Shown here: piece after piece, positions 1 through 8,743 of the stretch
How positions within the stretch are numbered: position 1 is the stretch's first letter
Layout: every line of letters begins with the position of its first letter
Source: Oscillospiraceae bacterium
Lineage (GTDB): Bacteria; Bacillota; Clostridia; Oscillospirales; CAG-272
Assembly: GCA_015063695.1 (NCBI GenBank)
Contig: SVTQ01000008.1
Span: forward strand, 5,116-69,115
Direction: 5' to 3'
DNA length: 64,000 bases
Notes under the pieces: model-generated
What the model was told of the DNA's origin: nothing
Seen by the model: only the letters and a program-made list of their open reading frames with translations
Database searches by the model: none
Made by a program: the position numbers and the translations under genes

Positions 1-292
1 TTTCAGCCTCAATGGTGATATCAAACTGAATGGAGCGCATCATGCAGGAAGCGGAAAACAGACAAACGTCCCTGTCAAACAAACGGTAAATAGTTACCTC
101 CCGTCCCTCCTCGGAAAGGATATATGCCCGAAGCTGCCCCGTTTTAATAAGGAAAAGACCCGTACAATCGGAGCTGCCGTCATGAAGCACGGTTCCCTTT
201 TCAACCTTTCGGGTGGTTATCGCTCCCTCGATCTTATTCTGTTCTTCCGCTGTAAGTTTATTCCAAATGGGAAAAAAGCTTCTGAAATCCAT
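1..292 (-). CDS. Crp/Fnr-family transcriptional regulator (N-terminal part; runs off the left edge of the window)
   Basis: Not in the ORF track. Manual translation from ATG at 292 gives MDFRSFFPIWNKLT...CTGLFLIKTGQLRAYILSEEGREVTIYRLFDRDVCLFSASC, a cNMP-binding-like domain typical of clostridial Crp/Fnr proteins. Confidence 0.85.
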   Translation of the reverse strand, partial: MDFRSFFPIWNKLTAEEQNKIEGAITTRKVEKGTVLHDGSSDCTGLFLIKTGQLRAYILSEEGREVTIYRLFDRDVCLFSASCMMRSIQFDITIEAE

Positions 293-383
293 TTCGCTCC
301 GTCCTTTCAAACTCTTCATATATACATTATATATGATTTTTTTCCAAATATCAACCACCCTCTCACACAGATAATTTTAGTTA

Positions 384-425
384 TGTGATTTTATCACAGA
401 AAAAGGAAAAAATATCCGCTATAAT
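384..425 (+). promoter_or_regulatory. Putative Crp/Fnr-type operator TGTGAT-TTT-ATCACA (384-398) and TATAAT -10 box (420-425)
   Basis: Perfect inverted repeat centred about 41 bp upstream of the predicted start site, next to a divergent Crp/Fnr gene. Confidence 0.5.
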
Positions 426-509
426 AAGCACAACAAAGAAAATAAGCCCAAAACAAAGGGATTTCTTATAACATAAACGACCATTCTGAAAAACATAAAG
501 GAGGTACTC

Positions 510-1550
510 ATGAAATACATAAACAAAAAGAATTTGATAATTGCAGTCAGTATAGCTTTGGTTCTTCTGACCGCAGGCGGAACCATACTCGCATACGGGC
601 TCAGAAACAGAACAATATCAAACGAGCCCTCTCCGACGGACACCCGTCTTGAAAACACCGAGCTTGTCCCCATAGATGAAAAAGAAGAAAAAAAGCTCCC
701 CGAAGCAAATAAGCTTGAAATTCCCGAAGTGACGGAAGAAGCTAAAAAAGAAACAGCCGAAGCCGAAGAGAAAAAGGAAGCCTCTCCAAAGGTCGAAGAG
801 GAAAAGGCTCCCGACGAGGAGCCGAAGGCGGCAGAGGATACACAGAAAGCTCAGCCCCAAAAGCTTACGACCGAAGAAATTGAAATAGCAAGCGCAGGCA
901 GCGAAGCTAAAAAGGATGCCGTCCCCGCCGTAACAAAGAAAACGGAGCCGAAGGCTCCCGTAGCGAAGGCGGTTGAATCAAAGCCCGCAGAAACAAAGGC
1001 ACCCGAAACAAAGCCTGCTGAAACAGAACCGGCTCAAACAGAGCCCCCTGAAACAGAGCCCGCTGAAACGGAACCGCCCGAAACAGAGCCTCCCGAAACG
1101 GAGCCCGCGGAAACCGAACCACCGAAGCCCGAGCGCCACGAGCCCAAAGCCATTGACTTCACTGTTTACGACGAGAAGGGCAACCCCGTAAAGCTGTCGG
1201 ACTATTTCGGAAAACCAATCGTGCTCAATTTCTGGGCAAGCTGGTGCGGCCCCTGCAAGCGCGAAATGCCCGACTTCAACCAAAAGCATCTTGAACAGGG
1301 CGGCGAGGTTCAGTTCCTTATGGTAAACCTCACGGGATATGACACACTTCCCGATGCCAAAGCAGTTATTGAAGAAAACGGATACGTTTTCCCCGTATTC
1401 TACGACCTGCGCTCCGAAGCGGCAGCGGCATACGCCGTTCAGTCCTTCCCCACCACCTACTTCATCGACGCTGAAGGCTATCTTATAGCCAAAGCCGTCG
1501 GCGCAATCAGCGCAGAAACTCTCCAAAGCGGAATCGATATGATCAAATAA
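510..1550 (+). CDS. Membrane-anchored TlpA/ResA-like thiol-disulfide oxidoreductase with a long Glu/Pro-rich linker
   Basis: N-terminal hydrophobic helix, LNFWASWCGPC (CxxC) motif, FPTTYFID cis-Pro loop, GGAGG RBS. Confidence 0.88.
   Translation: MKYINKKNLIIAVSIALVLLTAGGTILAYGLRNRTISNEPSPTDTRLENTELVPIDEKEEKKLPEANKLEIPEVTEEAKKETAEAEEKKEASPKVEEEKAPDEEPKAAEDTQKAQPQKLTTEEIEIASAGSEAKKDAVPAVTKKTEPKAPVAKAVESKPAETKAPETKPAETEPAQTEPPETEPAETEPPETEPPETEPAETEPPKPERHEPKAIDFTVYDEKGNPVKLSDYFGKPIVLNFWASWCGPCKREMPDFNQKHLEQGGEVQFLMVNLTGYDTLPDAKAVIEENGYVFPVFYDLRSEAAAAYAVQSFPTTYFIDAEGYLIAKAVGAISAETLQSGIDMIK
985..1122 (+). repeat. 15-bp coding tandem repeat encoding (P/A)ETEP-like pentapeptides
   Basis: Translation PAETKAPETKPAETEPAQTEPPETEPAETEPPETEPPETEPAETEPP. 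Confidence 0.85.
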
Positions 1551-1599
1551 TACAAAGAGAACCCCAAGCCGTCTTACGACAGCCCCCGGCCCCCTTGAC

Positions 1600-1631
1600 A
1601 AAAATGACGGGCGGAGAAGCGCCGCCCGTCA
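1600..1631. terminator. Intrinsic terminator hairpin (TGACGGGCGG/CCGCCCGTCA)
   Basis: 10-bp GC-rich stem; T-run on the minus strand. Confidence 0.6.
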
Positions 1632-1980
1632 AACGAAAGAGAAAAATATGAAAAAACACTGACTGTGTCAGTATACAAAATTGGTCTCCCGACGAAACTG
1701 CGAAATATCTGCTGCAGCTTTCGCAGTTTCGTGCACGGAGTTATTACAACCATCTGCAAGGGGGATAGCAGAGGGGCTGTCGCGCAAAGCGGTAAGAAGG
1801 AGCGTATATTTTATAGGAGATACCGAATCCGTTTTCGGTTTAAAGTGATTCCCTCTTACACTTACTATTATACTCCCCAATATGTTCCCCCTTTGAGCTT
1901 AATGTGATGAAAAGCTGAACTTTTCCGCCTTATACGTTTAATAATACTTAAAAAACCACATGTACGTCTTTCTTAAATTT

Positions 1981-2006
1981 GTAGGGGAGGATTCCATATC
2001 CTCCCG
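1981..2006 (+). repeat. GTAG-type REP palindrome
   Basis: GTAGGGGAGGATTCCATATCCTCCCG, identical to copies at 9779 and 9913. Confidence 0.8.
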
Positions 2007-2075
2007 CCAAACAATTGTTGATACATAAGAGAACCCCAAGGGCACAACAACCCTTGAGGTTTTTAAATCATCTAT

Positions 2076-4424
2076 TTACGCAAATCTTGAAATGATCTCA
2101 TCCTGTTCAACCTCGCTCAGCTCAAGGAAGCGAATGGAGAAACCACCGAGACGAACAATAAGATCGGAATGTGCCTCGGGATTTTTCTTTGCGTCGATAA
2201 GCTCGTCAACACAAGCAGTGGTTATCTGACCAAGCTGACCGCCGTTCTTAAGATAAGTGTCAATAAGCTTTTCAATATTCTTTCTCATTTCGGGAGTCTT
2301 CATAAGTGTTGTGGGAATGAGAATATTGCAGGTGGTACCGCCCATGCCGTACTCAAGAGGAAGCCTTGAGCAGGATCTCAGCATCGCCGTAAGACCGTTC
2401 TTGTCAGCACCGGGACGGGGACCGATGGAGTTGCCGAGAGGCTCTCCCGCACGTCTGCCGTCGGGAGTTGCCCAGGTTGCCGCACCGTAGCTGATACCGC
2501 CGCCGAGAAGGGAGCACGCGCCCGAGAATTCGCCGCCGCGAACGGAATGGTACTTCTTTATCTCAGTCCAGAACGCCTCAAGAACTCTTGCCACCATAGC
2601 ATCCGCCTCGGCATCGTCGTTGCCGTACTTGGGAGCCTTCGTGAGAAGAAGCTGTCTCTCCTTTTCATACCCCTCGAAGTTAGCTTCAAGAGCCGCCTCA
2701 AGAGTTTCCTTTGAAATAAGCTTTTCCTCAAAAACAAGCTTCTTTATGGCAGTGAAGGAGTCGCCTACTACTGCCGCACCCGCAGTTTCAACACAGCCCA
2801 GGTTGTACTTTGCGCCGCCCTCATCAAGGTTGAGTCCGCGCTCGATACAGTTGTCGGTGAAGCAGGTCTTGACAAGCTTGGCGTAGTTTGCGGCTCTTAC
2901 CTCCTGCCCCAGGTTACAAAGCTCCACGAAGTGCTTTGTAAAGTATCTCATCTGACTGAGGAAGGCTTCAAAAAGGTCTTCAAAATTGTCATAGTCGGTA
3001 ATATGACCTGTCTTAAGACCAAGCTGAACCTTTTCCTTATCTCCCCTTGCACATCCGTCGTTGAGTGTGAACTCAAGAAGCTTCGCAAGGTTCATAAGAC
3101 CGTCCTCGCAGCCGAAGTTACTTCTGCCGGGAAGCTCAAGCTCCTGACAGCCGAGGAGCGAATAGTCGTATGCATCCTCGGGATCAACGCCGTAATTATT
3201 TATAAAAGCAGGGATTATCTGTGTGTCGGAGGCGATACTGGGATCGCTCATGCCCTCAGCCCACATCTGTACGGTAAGCGCAAGAAGGGCGGGGTCACTT
3301 TTTTCGTTTATACGGACACTCATTCTGGGATGAGTTTCGTGAGTTCTTCTGAGTATCTGAAGAAGCAGGAAGGTAAGATCGTTTGAAGCATCCTCGCCGT
3401 CCTCGGGACGGATACCGCCAACCGTGATATTGTGGATACCGTGCTCAAGGAAGTTCATCATAAGGGATGCGGTAATATCTTCCGTGAACTGTCTGTCCTC
3501 CTCAAGGGATTTCTTGAAGAAGGGATAGAGGTACTGGTCAAGTCTGCCAACGCAGTCGACCCAGTCCCAAAGAGAGTAGAACCAGACGAGCTGAACCGCA
3601 CCGTAATAATCGGTGGGCGCATCAAAGGAGACCCTTCTGCAGTTTTCCGCCATCTTAAAGAAACGTTCAGACCATCTTGCCGCATCCTCACCGGTCGCAG
3701 CCTTCAATTCTTCCCCTCTCTTCTCTGCCGCATCTGCAAGCATGAGTATCCAGTCGCGCATACCTTCAAGAATAATCCTGCAGGCTGTGAGCATTTCGAT
3801 CTTGTGGGGATCCGTCTCCTCGGCAAGGCGAGCCATGACCTCGGCGTGAACGCCGCCGATGCCCTTTGACATAAGGGTGTTGTAGTTGGGAACGGTGTGT
3901 CCCTGATAGCCGCCGACCCACCAGAGCTTGAACTCCATGTGGTCAACGTAGGCACGGGGGTGCTCGGGAGTGTTGAAGCGTCTCCAAGCCTCTTCAAGGA
4001 AATGAAGAGGGTTCAGAGGGTTCATGGGCTTCTCGTATTCGTCCATCAGCGCATTAAGCTCATCCTTGCGGTCAGCGTAGGCAGGAGTATCAAGGACCCA
4101 GCGCGCCTGCTGAACACCGTAGGAAAAATGCTCGTAGAAGGGTCTGTTGGGACGGGCAAAGCCGATAAGGTAAGAGCCGTCAAGAACAACGGGCTCGGAC
4201 ACCATCCAACTGCGGACTATCGCCTTTGCAAGCTTCGTGGGATAGGGCTCGTTCTCAAACTCGCGGAAAACGTCAATAAAAGGAGTTTTTCCGTCGGGCT
4301 CGGGCCCCGTGTCCGTCATTTCTCTCACTCTGTTGGGCTTTATTCTCTTCTGAAGCTCACTGTAGAGCATCTCAAGATCATCGGAATATTTAAAGGTTTC
4401 AACAGTACTTCTGTAATCCTTCAT
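2076..4424 (-). CDS. Glycyl radical enzyme (PFL-like superfamily), substrate unknown
   Basis: 782 aa; single-Cys loop LLGCQE; C-terminal glycyl loop LIVRLGGFS; PKYGNDD and ATPDGR motifs; adjacent activase. Confidence 0.9.
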   Translation of the reverse strand: MKDYRSTVETFKYSDDLEMLYSELQKRIKPNRVREMTDTGPEPDGKTPFIDVFREFENEPYPTKLAKAIVRSWMVSEPVVLDGSYLIGFARPNRPFYEHFSYGVQQARWVLDTPAYADRKDELNALMDEYEKPMNPLNPLHFLEEAWRRFNTPEHPRAYVDHMEFKLWWVGGYQGHTVPNYNTLMSKGIGGVHAEVMARLAEETDPHKIEMLTACRIILEGMRDWILMLADAAEKRGEELKAATGEDAARWSERFFKMAENCRRVSFDAPTDYYGAVQLVWFYSLWDWVDCVGRLDQYLYPFFKKSLEEDRQFTEDITASLMMNFLEHGIHNITVGGIRPEDGEDASNDLTFLLLQILRRTHETHPRMSVRINEKSDPALLALTVQMWAEGMSDPSIASDTQIIPAFINNYGVDPEDAYDYSLLGCQELELPGRSNFGCEDGLMNLAKLLEFTLNDGCARGDKEKVQLGLKTGHITDYDNFEDLFEAFLSQMRYFTKHFVELCNLGQEVRAANYAKLVKTCFTDNCIERGLNLDEGGAKYNLGCVETAGAAVVGDSFTAIKKLVFEEKLISKETLEAALEANFEGYEKERQLLLTKAPKYGNDDAEADAMVARVLEAFWTEIKKYHSVRGGEFSGACSLLGGGISYGAATWATPDGRRAGEPLGNSIGPRPGADKNGLTAMLRSCSRLPLEYGMGGTTCNILIPTTLMKTPEMRKNIEKLIDTYLKNGGQLGQITTACVDELIDAKKNPEAHSDLIVRLGGFSIRFLELSEVEQDEIISRFA

Positions 4425-4437
4425 AGGGTCACCTCGT

Positions 4438-5334
4438 TTACATTATCACAACAGGCACAGCCGTATATTTTTCTATCTGCGCCTTGAAATCTTCAAGCTC
4501 CTCGGGAGTTGACGGCTGTGTCACAAAGCCGCCGTCCATTCCAAGCTTATTTCTCTTGCCCTCACCGTATGAGTGGTAAGGCATTATATTAATTTCTTTT
4601 ATACTCTTATATTTTTCGGCAATAAGACCGATGCTTTTAAAATGCTCCGGATTATCGTTGATGCTCGGAATTATTGGACAGCGCAGAACTATGTGAGCGC
4701 CGAGACTGTCAAGCAGCTCAAGGTTTTCCATTATCTGCCTTGGGTCAGCCCCCGTCACCTTTTTATGTACCTCTGCATCCGTCGCCTTGCAGTCGTAAAG
4801 GAAAACGTCAACGTACTCCGCCGCCTCTTTTATGACATCAGGCGGTGCCATACCGCAGGTCTCAACTGCCGTGTGAAGCCCCTTCTCCTTTGCGGCTTTC
4901 AATATTTCAAGGGCAAATTCACTCTGGAAGAAGGGCTCACCGCCCGAAAGGGTCATGCCCCCCGTCTCCCCATAGAAATCCTTGTCCTTCATAACCTCGG
5001 AAATAACCTCGGAAACCTCATAGAGCGTGCCGTTTCTCAGAAGCGCACCCGAAGGGCAGACCTCGGCGCACCTGAGGCAGGATGAGCATCTTGAAAAATC
5101 AAGGCCGTGAAGACAGTCCTTCATAACGTGGGCACCGTTCTCACAAACCGAGGCGCACTCACCGCAGCCGATACAGCTTCTCACATTGTACTCGATACTG
5201 CTCTTTGAAGAAAGTCCCTCGGGATTGTGGCACCAGATACATCTGAGAGGGCATCCCTTCAGAAAGACGTTTGTGCGTATCCCCGGCCCGTCATGGACGG
5301 AAAAACGCTGAATATTAAAAATAGTTCCTTTCAT
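4438..5334 (-). CDS. Glycyl-radical-enzyme activating enzyme (radical SAM, ferredoxin insert)
   Basis: HDGPGIRT, CPLRCIWC (CxxxCxxC), two CxxCxxCxxxC clusters, SGGEP. Confidence 0.93.
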   Translation of the reverse strand: MKGTIFNIQRFSVHDGPGIRTNVFLKGCPLRCIWCHNPEGLSSKSSIEYNVRSCIGCGECASVCENGAHVMKDCLHGLDFSRCSSCLRCAEVCPSGALLRNGTLYEVSEVISEVMKDKDFYGETGGMTLSGGEPFFQSEFALEILKAAKEKGLHTAVETCGMAPPDVIKEAAEYVDVFLYDCKATDAEVHKKVTGADPRQIMENLELLDSLGAHIVLRCPIIPSINDNPEHFKSIGLIAEKYKSIKEINIMPYHSYGEGKRNKLGMDGGFVTQPSTPEELEDFKAQIEKYTAVPVVIM

Positions 5335-5363
5335 TTTTCCACCTCAAACGGACATAACTTTAC

Positions 5364-5405
5364 ATTATAATACTATCATAAATAAACGTTTATTGTCAAC
5401 GGACA
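5364..5405 (-). promoter_or_regulatory. Sigma-A promoter region of the activase-GRE operon with palindrome AATAAACGTTTATT
   Basis: TTGACA at 5394-5399 (minus) followed by TAGTAT/TATAAT; the palindrome lies in the spacer. Confidence 0.5.
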
Positions 5406-5472
5406 AATGTAACATTTATATTACAAAACGGCATAATGTTTTCCTCAAAAAAACGCCCCCGAAGGGGCGCTT

Positions 5473-5705
5473 CAGACCGAAGACAAACTTGGTATAACGC
5501 AGATGTGAGAAGAAAAGATTCTTCAAAACAATTATTTCTTGATGAAATCATCTGACATGGAAAAGGCGGGCAAAATGCCCACCACATCTGCTTTTGGCGA
5601 GTTTTTCCCTCTACCATAGGCAACTATGCCTACGAGGAAAAAATCGCCAAATCTACCTGCGTTTCTCTCAGTCTGATCCAGAGTGCAGACTTTGTCTGCA
5701 CTCTG
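5473..5705 (+). mobile_element. Non-autonomous MITE, copy 1 (IS1182-like ends), with 22-bp target duplication
   Basis: Ends CAGACCGAAGACAAA / TTTGTCTGCACTCTG; identical hairpin AAACGCCCCCGAAGGGGCGCTT at 5451-5472 and 5706-5727; four more copies in the window. Confidence 0.85.
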
Positions 5706-5751
5706 AAACGCCCCCGAAGGGGCGCTTAATTTATTCTTTATTCTTTCTTCT

Positions 5752-8124
5752 CTATTCTTTAAAAATCCTCTTCGCTATATCCACCGCCGCTTTAGCGTCT
5801 TTTCCGTAAAAGTCAGCACCCATCTTCTTTGCATACTCGGGAGTGAGCACCGCACCGCCGACTGCAACTTTGACGCGGGGGACTTTTTCTCTGAGAAGGG
5901 ATGCTGTCTTTTCCATAGCGGGAAGGGTCGTCGTCATAAGAGCGCTGAGGAATACTGCCCCTGCGCCCTCTCTTTCCACTGCCTCAAGAACCTTTTCGGC
6001 AGGAACGTCCTTCCCAAGGTCGGTGACGGAAAAGCCGTAATTTTCAAGAAGGACCTTAACGATATTCTTTCCGATATCGTGAACGTCTCCCTCAACGGTG
6101 GCAATAACTATCCTGCCCTTTTCGGCACCGACTTCGCCTGAAGAGGCAATCATCTCCTTCACCGCGCCGAAGCATACCCCTGCCGTGTCGGCGGCAAGAA
6201 TAAGCTGAGGAAGATATATTTTTCCGCTCTCGTACTTTTCCCCGACGGCATCGAGCACGGGAATAAGATGACTGTCGATAACCTCAAGGGGAGAAAGGCT
6301 TTCAAGAAGAGCCTTCACCGCCGATACCGCCTCTTTTTTAAGTCCCCCTTCAATGGCAGCGCCAAGGCTTACGCCTTCTTCCTTGTTTTTTTCAACGGGG
6401 GCTGCCTCCGCCTTTGCCGCAATATAGCAGGCGGCGTTTACGTCAAAGCCGCCAAGCACTCTGAAAGCGCGGACAGTGTCGGTCATGGAGGAAATATTGG
6501 GATTTATTATGGCAAGGTCAAGTCCTGCCTCAAGAGCCATCGCAAGGAAGGTCCTGTTTATGCACTCTCTGTCGGGAAGTCCGAAGGAGATATTTGAAAC
6601 GCCGAGAACGGTGCGAAGCCCAAGCTCGCCTTTAACCCTTGAGAGGGCGCGAAGGGTCTCCCCTGCCGCCGCCTGCTGAGCGGAAACGGTGAGGGTCAGA
6701 CAGTCGATAACCACCTTTTCCCTCGGTATTCCGAGAGCCTCTGCTCGCTCTGCGATCTTCCTTGCAATTTCAAAACGGTCCTCTGCCTTTTCGGGAATTC
6801 CGTTTTCGTCAAGGGTAAGTCCAACGACCGCAGCACCGTATTTTTTAACTATGGGGAGAATTTCCGAAAGGCTCTCCTCCTTGCCGTTTACGGAGTTTAC
6901 AATAGCGCATCCGTTGTATACCCGAAGGGCCGCCTCAAGGACCTCGGGGTCTGTGGAGTCAAGCTGAAGGGGAGCATCTGTAATGCCCTGAACAGCTTTT
7001 ACCACGCGAACCATCATTTCCTTCTCGTCTATTTCGGGAAGCCCTACGTTTACGTCAAGAATTTCAGCTCCCGCCGCAACCTGCTCCGATGCCCTTGCCA
7101 AAATGTAGTCAATATCACCGTTTCTAAGTGCTTCCTTAAAAAGCTTTTTACCCGTGGGATTTATTCTCTCGCCGATCACCCTCGGCATGTTAAGATATAC
7201 GGTCTTTGAAGCGGAGCATACCGCCTGAAGTGTTTCCGCCCTTCTATCGGGACAAATTTTTTCCTTCACCGCATCAGAGAGAGCCGAGACGTACTCGGGA
7301 GAGGTTCCGCAGCAACCGCCCATTATCTTTACACCCATGTCGGCAAAGACCGCCATCTGACGGGCAAAATCCTCGGGGGAAAGGTCATACTTCCCTGTTT
7401 TGGGGTCGGGAAGCCCTGCATTGGGCTTCAAAAATACGGGTACGGGAGAATACTTTACAAGGTCACGTACCGCGCTCTCAAGCTGACAGGGTCCGAGAGA
7501 GCAGTTGATGCCGACGGCATCGGCGCCAAGCCCCGACAGAACAAGGATCTCCTCAATAACGGAAGTACCCGTAAAGGTCCTCATGTTCTTCTCAAGAGAG
7601 ATACTGCAGAATACGGGAAGGTTCGTGTTTTCCTTAGCCGCAAGAAGAGCCGCCTTCAGCTCGTAAAGGTCGGTCATGGTCTCGAGAACTATAAGGTCAG
7701 CTCCTGCCGCCTGTCCTGCCTTTACTATCTCTGCATAGGCATCGTAAGCTTCTTCAAAGGAAAGCTCGCCGCTTGGCTCAAGAAGCTTTCCGAGAGGTCC
7801 CACATCAAGGGCAACGGAAACGTCAAGATCAAAGGTCGCATCCTTTGCTATCTTTACAGCCGCCGAAACGACCTCAAAAACGGTTCTGTCCGAGCCCTTC
7901 AGCTTGTATCTGTTAGCACCGAAGGTGTTGGCAAAAACAACGTTTGAGCCTGCCTTGGCATAGGCTCTGTTTATGCCCGCCACCCACCTCGGGTTCGAAA
8001 AGTTCATTTCCTCCGACAGCTCGCCGGGCTTCATGCCTCGCTTCTGAAGCTCCGTGCCCATGGCGCCGTCAAGAATTATATATCCGTCACTGTCAAGAAG
8101 TGCTCTTATATCCACAGTGTTCAC
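5752..8124 (-). CDS. metH: Cobalamin-dependent methionine synthase (Hcy, pterin and B12 domains; no activation domain)
   Basis: LDGAMGT, GINCS and GGCCGT Zn ligands, IGERINPTG, B12 motif EGDVHDIG; true start may be the GTG at 8115. Confidence 0.88.
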   Translation of the reverse strand: MNTVDIRALLDSDGYIILDGAMGTELQKRGMKPGELSEEMNFSNPRWVAGINRAYAKAGSNVVFANTFGANRYKLKGSDRTVFEVVSAAVKIAKDATFDLDVSVALDVGPLGKLLEPSGELSFEEAYDAYAEIVKAGQAAGADLIVLETMTDLYELKAALLAAKENTNLPVFCSISLEKNMRTFTGTSVIEEILVLSGLGADAVGINCSLGPCQLESAVRDLVKYSPVPVFLKPNAGLPDPKTGKYDLSPEDFARQMAVFADMGVKIMGGCCGTSPEYVSALSDAVKEKICPDRRAETLQAVCSASKTVYLNMPRVIGERINPTGKKLFKEALRNGDIDYILARASEQVAAGAEILDVNVGLPEIDEKEMMVRVVKAVQGITDAPLQLDSTDPEVLEAALRVYNGCAIVNSVNGKEESLSEILPIVKKYGAAVVGLTLDENGIPEKAEDRFEIARKIAERAEALGIPREKVVIDCLTLTVSAQQAAAGETLRALSRVKGELGLRTVLGVSNISFGLPDRECINRTFLAMALEAGLDLAIINPNISSMTDTVRAFRVLGGFDVNAACYIAAKAEAAPVEKNKEEGVSLGAAIEGGLKKEAVSAVKALLESLSPLEVIDSHLIPVLDAVGEKYESGKIYLPQLILAADTAGVCFGAVKEMIASSGEVGAEKGRIVIATVEGDVHDIGKNIVKVLLENYGFSVTDLGKDVPAEKVLEAVEREGAGAVFLSALMTTTLPAMEKTASLLREKVPRVKVAVGGAVLTPEYAKKMGADFYGKDAKAAVDIAKRIFKE

Positions 8125-8743
8125 CTTCTTTTCTGAAAGCGCAGGTGTCTTTCATTTTGCACACCGCGCAGCTTTGTCTGTCTTTTTTTACAGGCTTATC
8201 GGACACGCCGATAACCGCCGTCACGGACTTTACCGGAAGGAGCATACAGCTTTCCGTCACGTGAAGTCCTATTCTTTTGTCAGCTTCGATAAGGGTGAGA
8301 AGCTTACGCTGAAGCTCTATTGGAAAGTCCCCGTAGCCGGGGCTGAAGCGCCACGTAAGATGAAGAGGCGCAAAAGCCGCCGAAAGCTCCGCATCCGCCT
8401 CGCGGCAAAAGCCCTCTATACAGGCGCTTGCAACCGCATCTGCCGCCACAGCCGAAGCCATTTCCAAAACCTGCAGTCGGTTTATATATCTGTCAATTTC
8501 AAGACCCAGCGTCGCCGCGAAAACTATGACTTTTTCGCATCCCTCAAGATGTTCTTTTATGTCCTCGCCGAGAAGAACATCGGAAAGCGCATCCTTGTCA
8601 AAAACCTTATACGTATAGCGAGGCTCGGCAAGCCGTGCCACTTCCCTCTCGCACTCCGCGAGAAGCTCAAGAAAACGCCCCTCGGGAGCTTCCTTCATCC
8701 CCATAAAACGGAGAGCCTCACCTCTGTCGATATATCTGTCCAT
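8093..8743 (-). CDS. Stand-alone methionine synthase reactivation (AdoMet-binding) domain
   Basis: RFSPGYGD and LLPVKSVTAVIG motifs; C-terminal CxxCxxxxxC; lies between metF and metH. Confidence 0.88.
   Translation of the reverse strand: MDRYIDRGEALRFMGMKEAPEGRFLELLAECEREVARLAEPRYTYKVFDKDALSDVLLGEDIKEHLEGCEKVIVFAATLGLEIDRYINRLQVLEMASAVAADAVASACIEGFCREADAELSAAFAPLHLTWRFSPGYGDFPIELQRKLLTLIEADKRIGLHVTESCMLLPVKSVTAVIGVSDKPVKKDRQSCAVCKMKDTCAFRKEGEHCGYKSTS

Noticed and set aside
1665-1907. 80-aa ORF
   Set aside because: GTG start without an RBS, no motif, and it overlaps hairpins.
2076-4424. Pyruvate formate-lyase (pflB)
   Set aside because: Lacks the adjacent Cys-Cys pair, and its activase has a ferredoxin insert.
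5752-8743. metH as a broken pseudogene
   Set aside because: The activation domain is an intact separate upstream gene, a known split arrangement.
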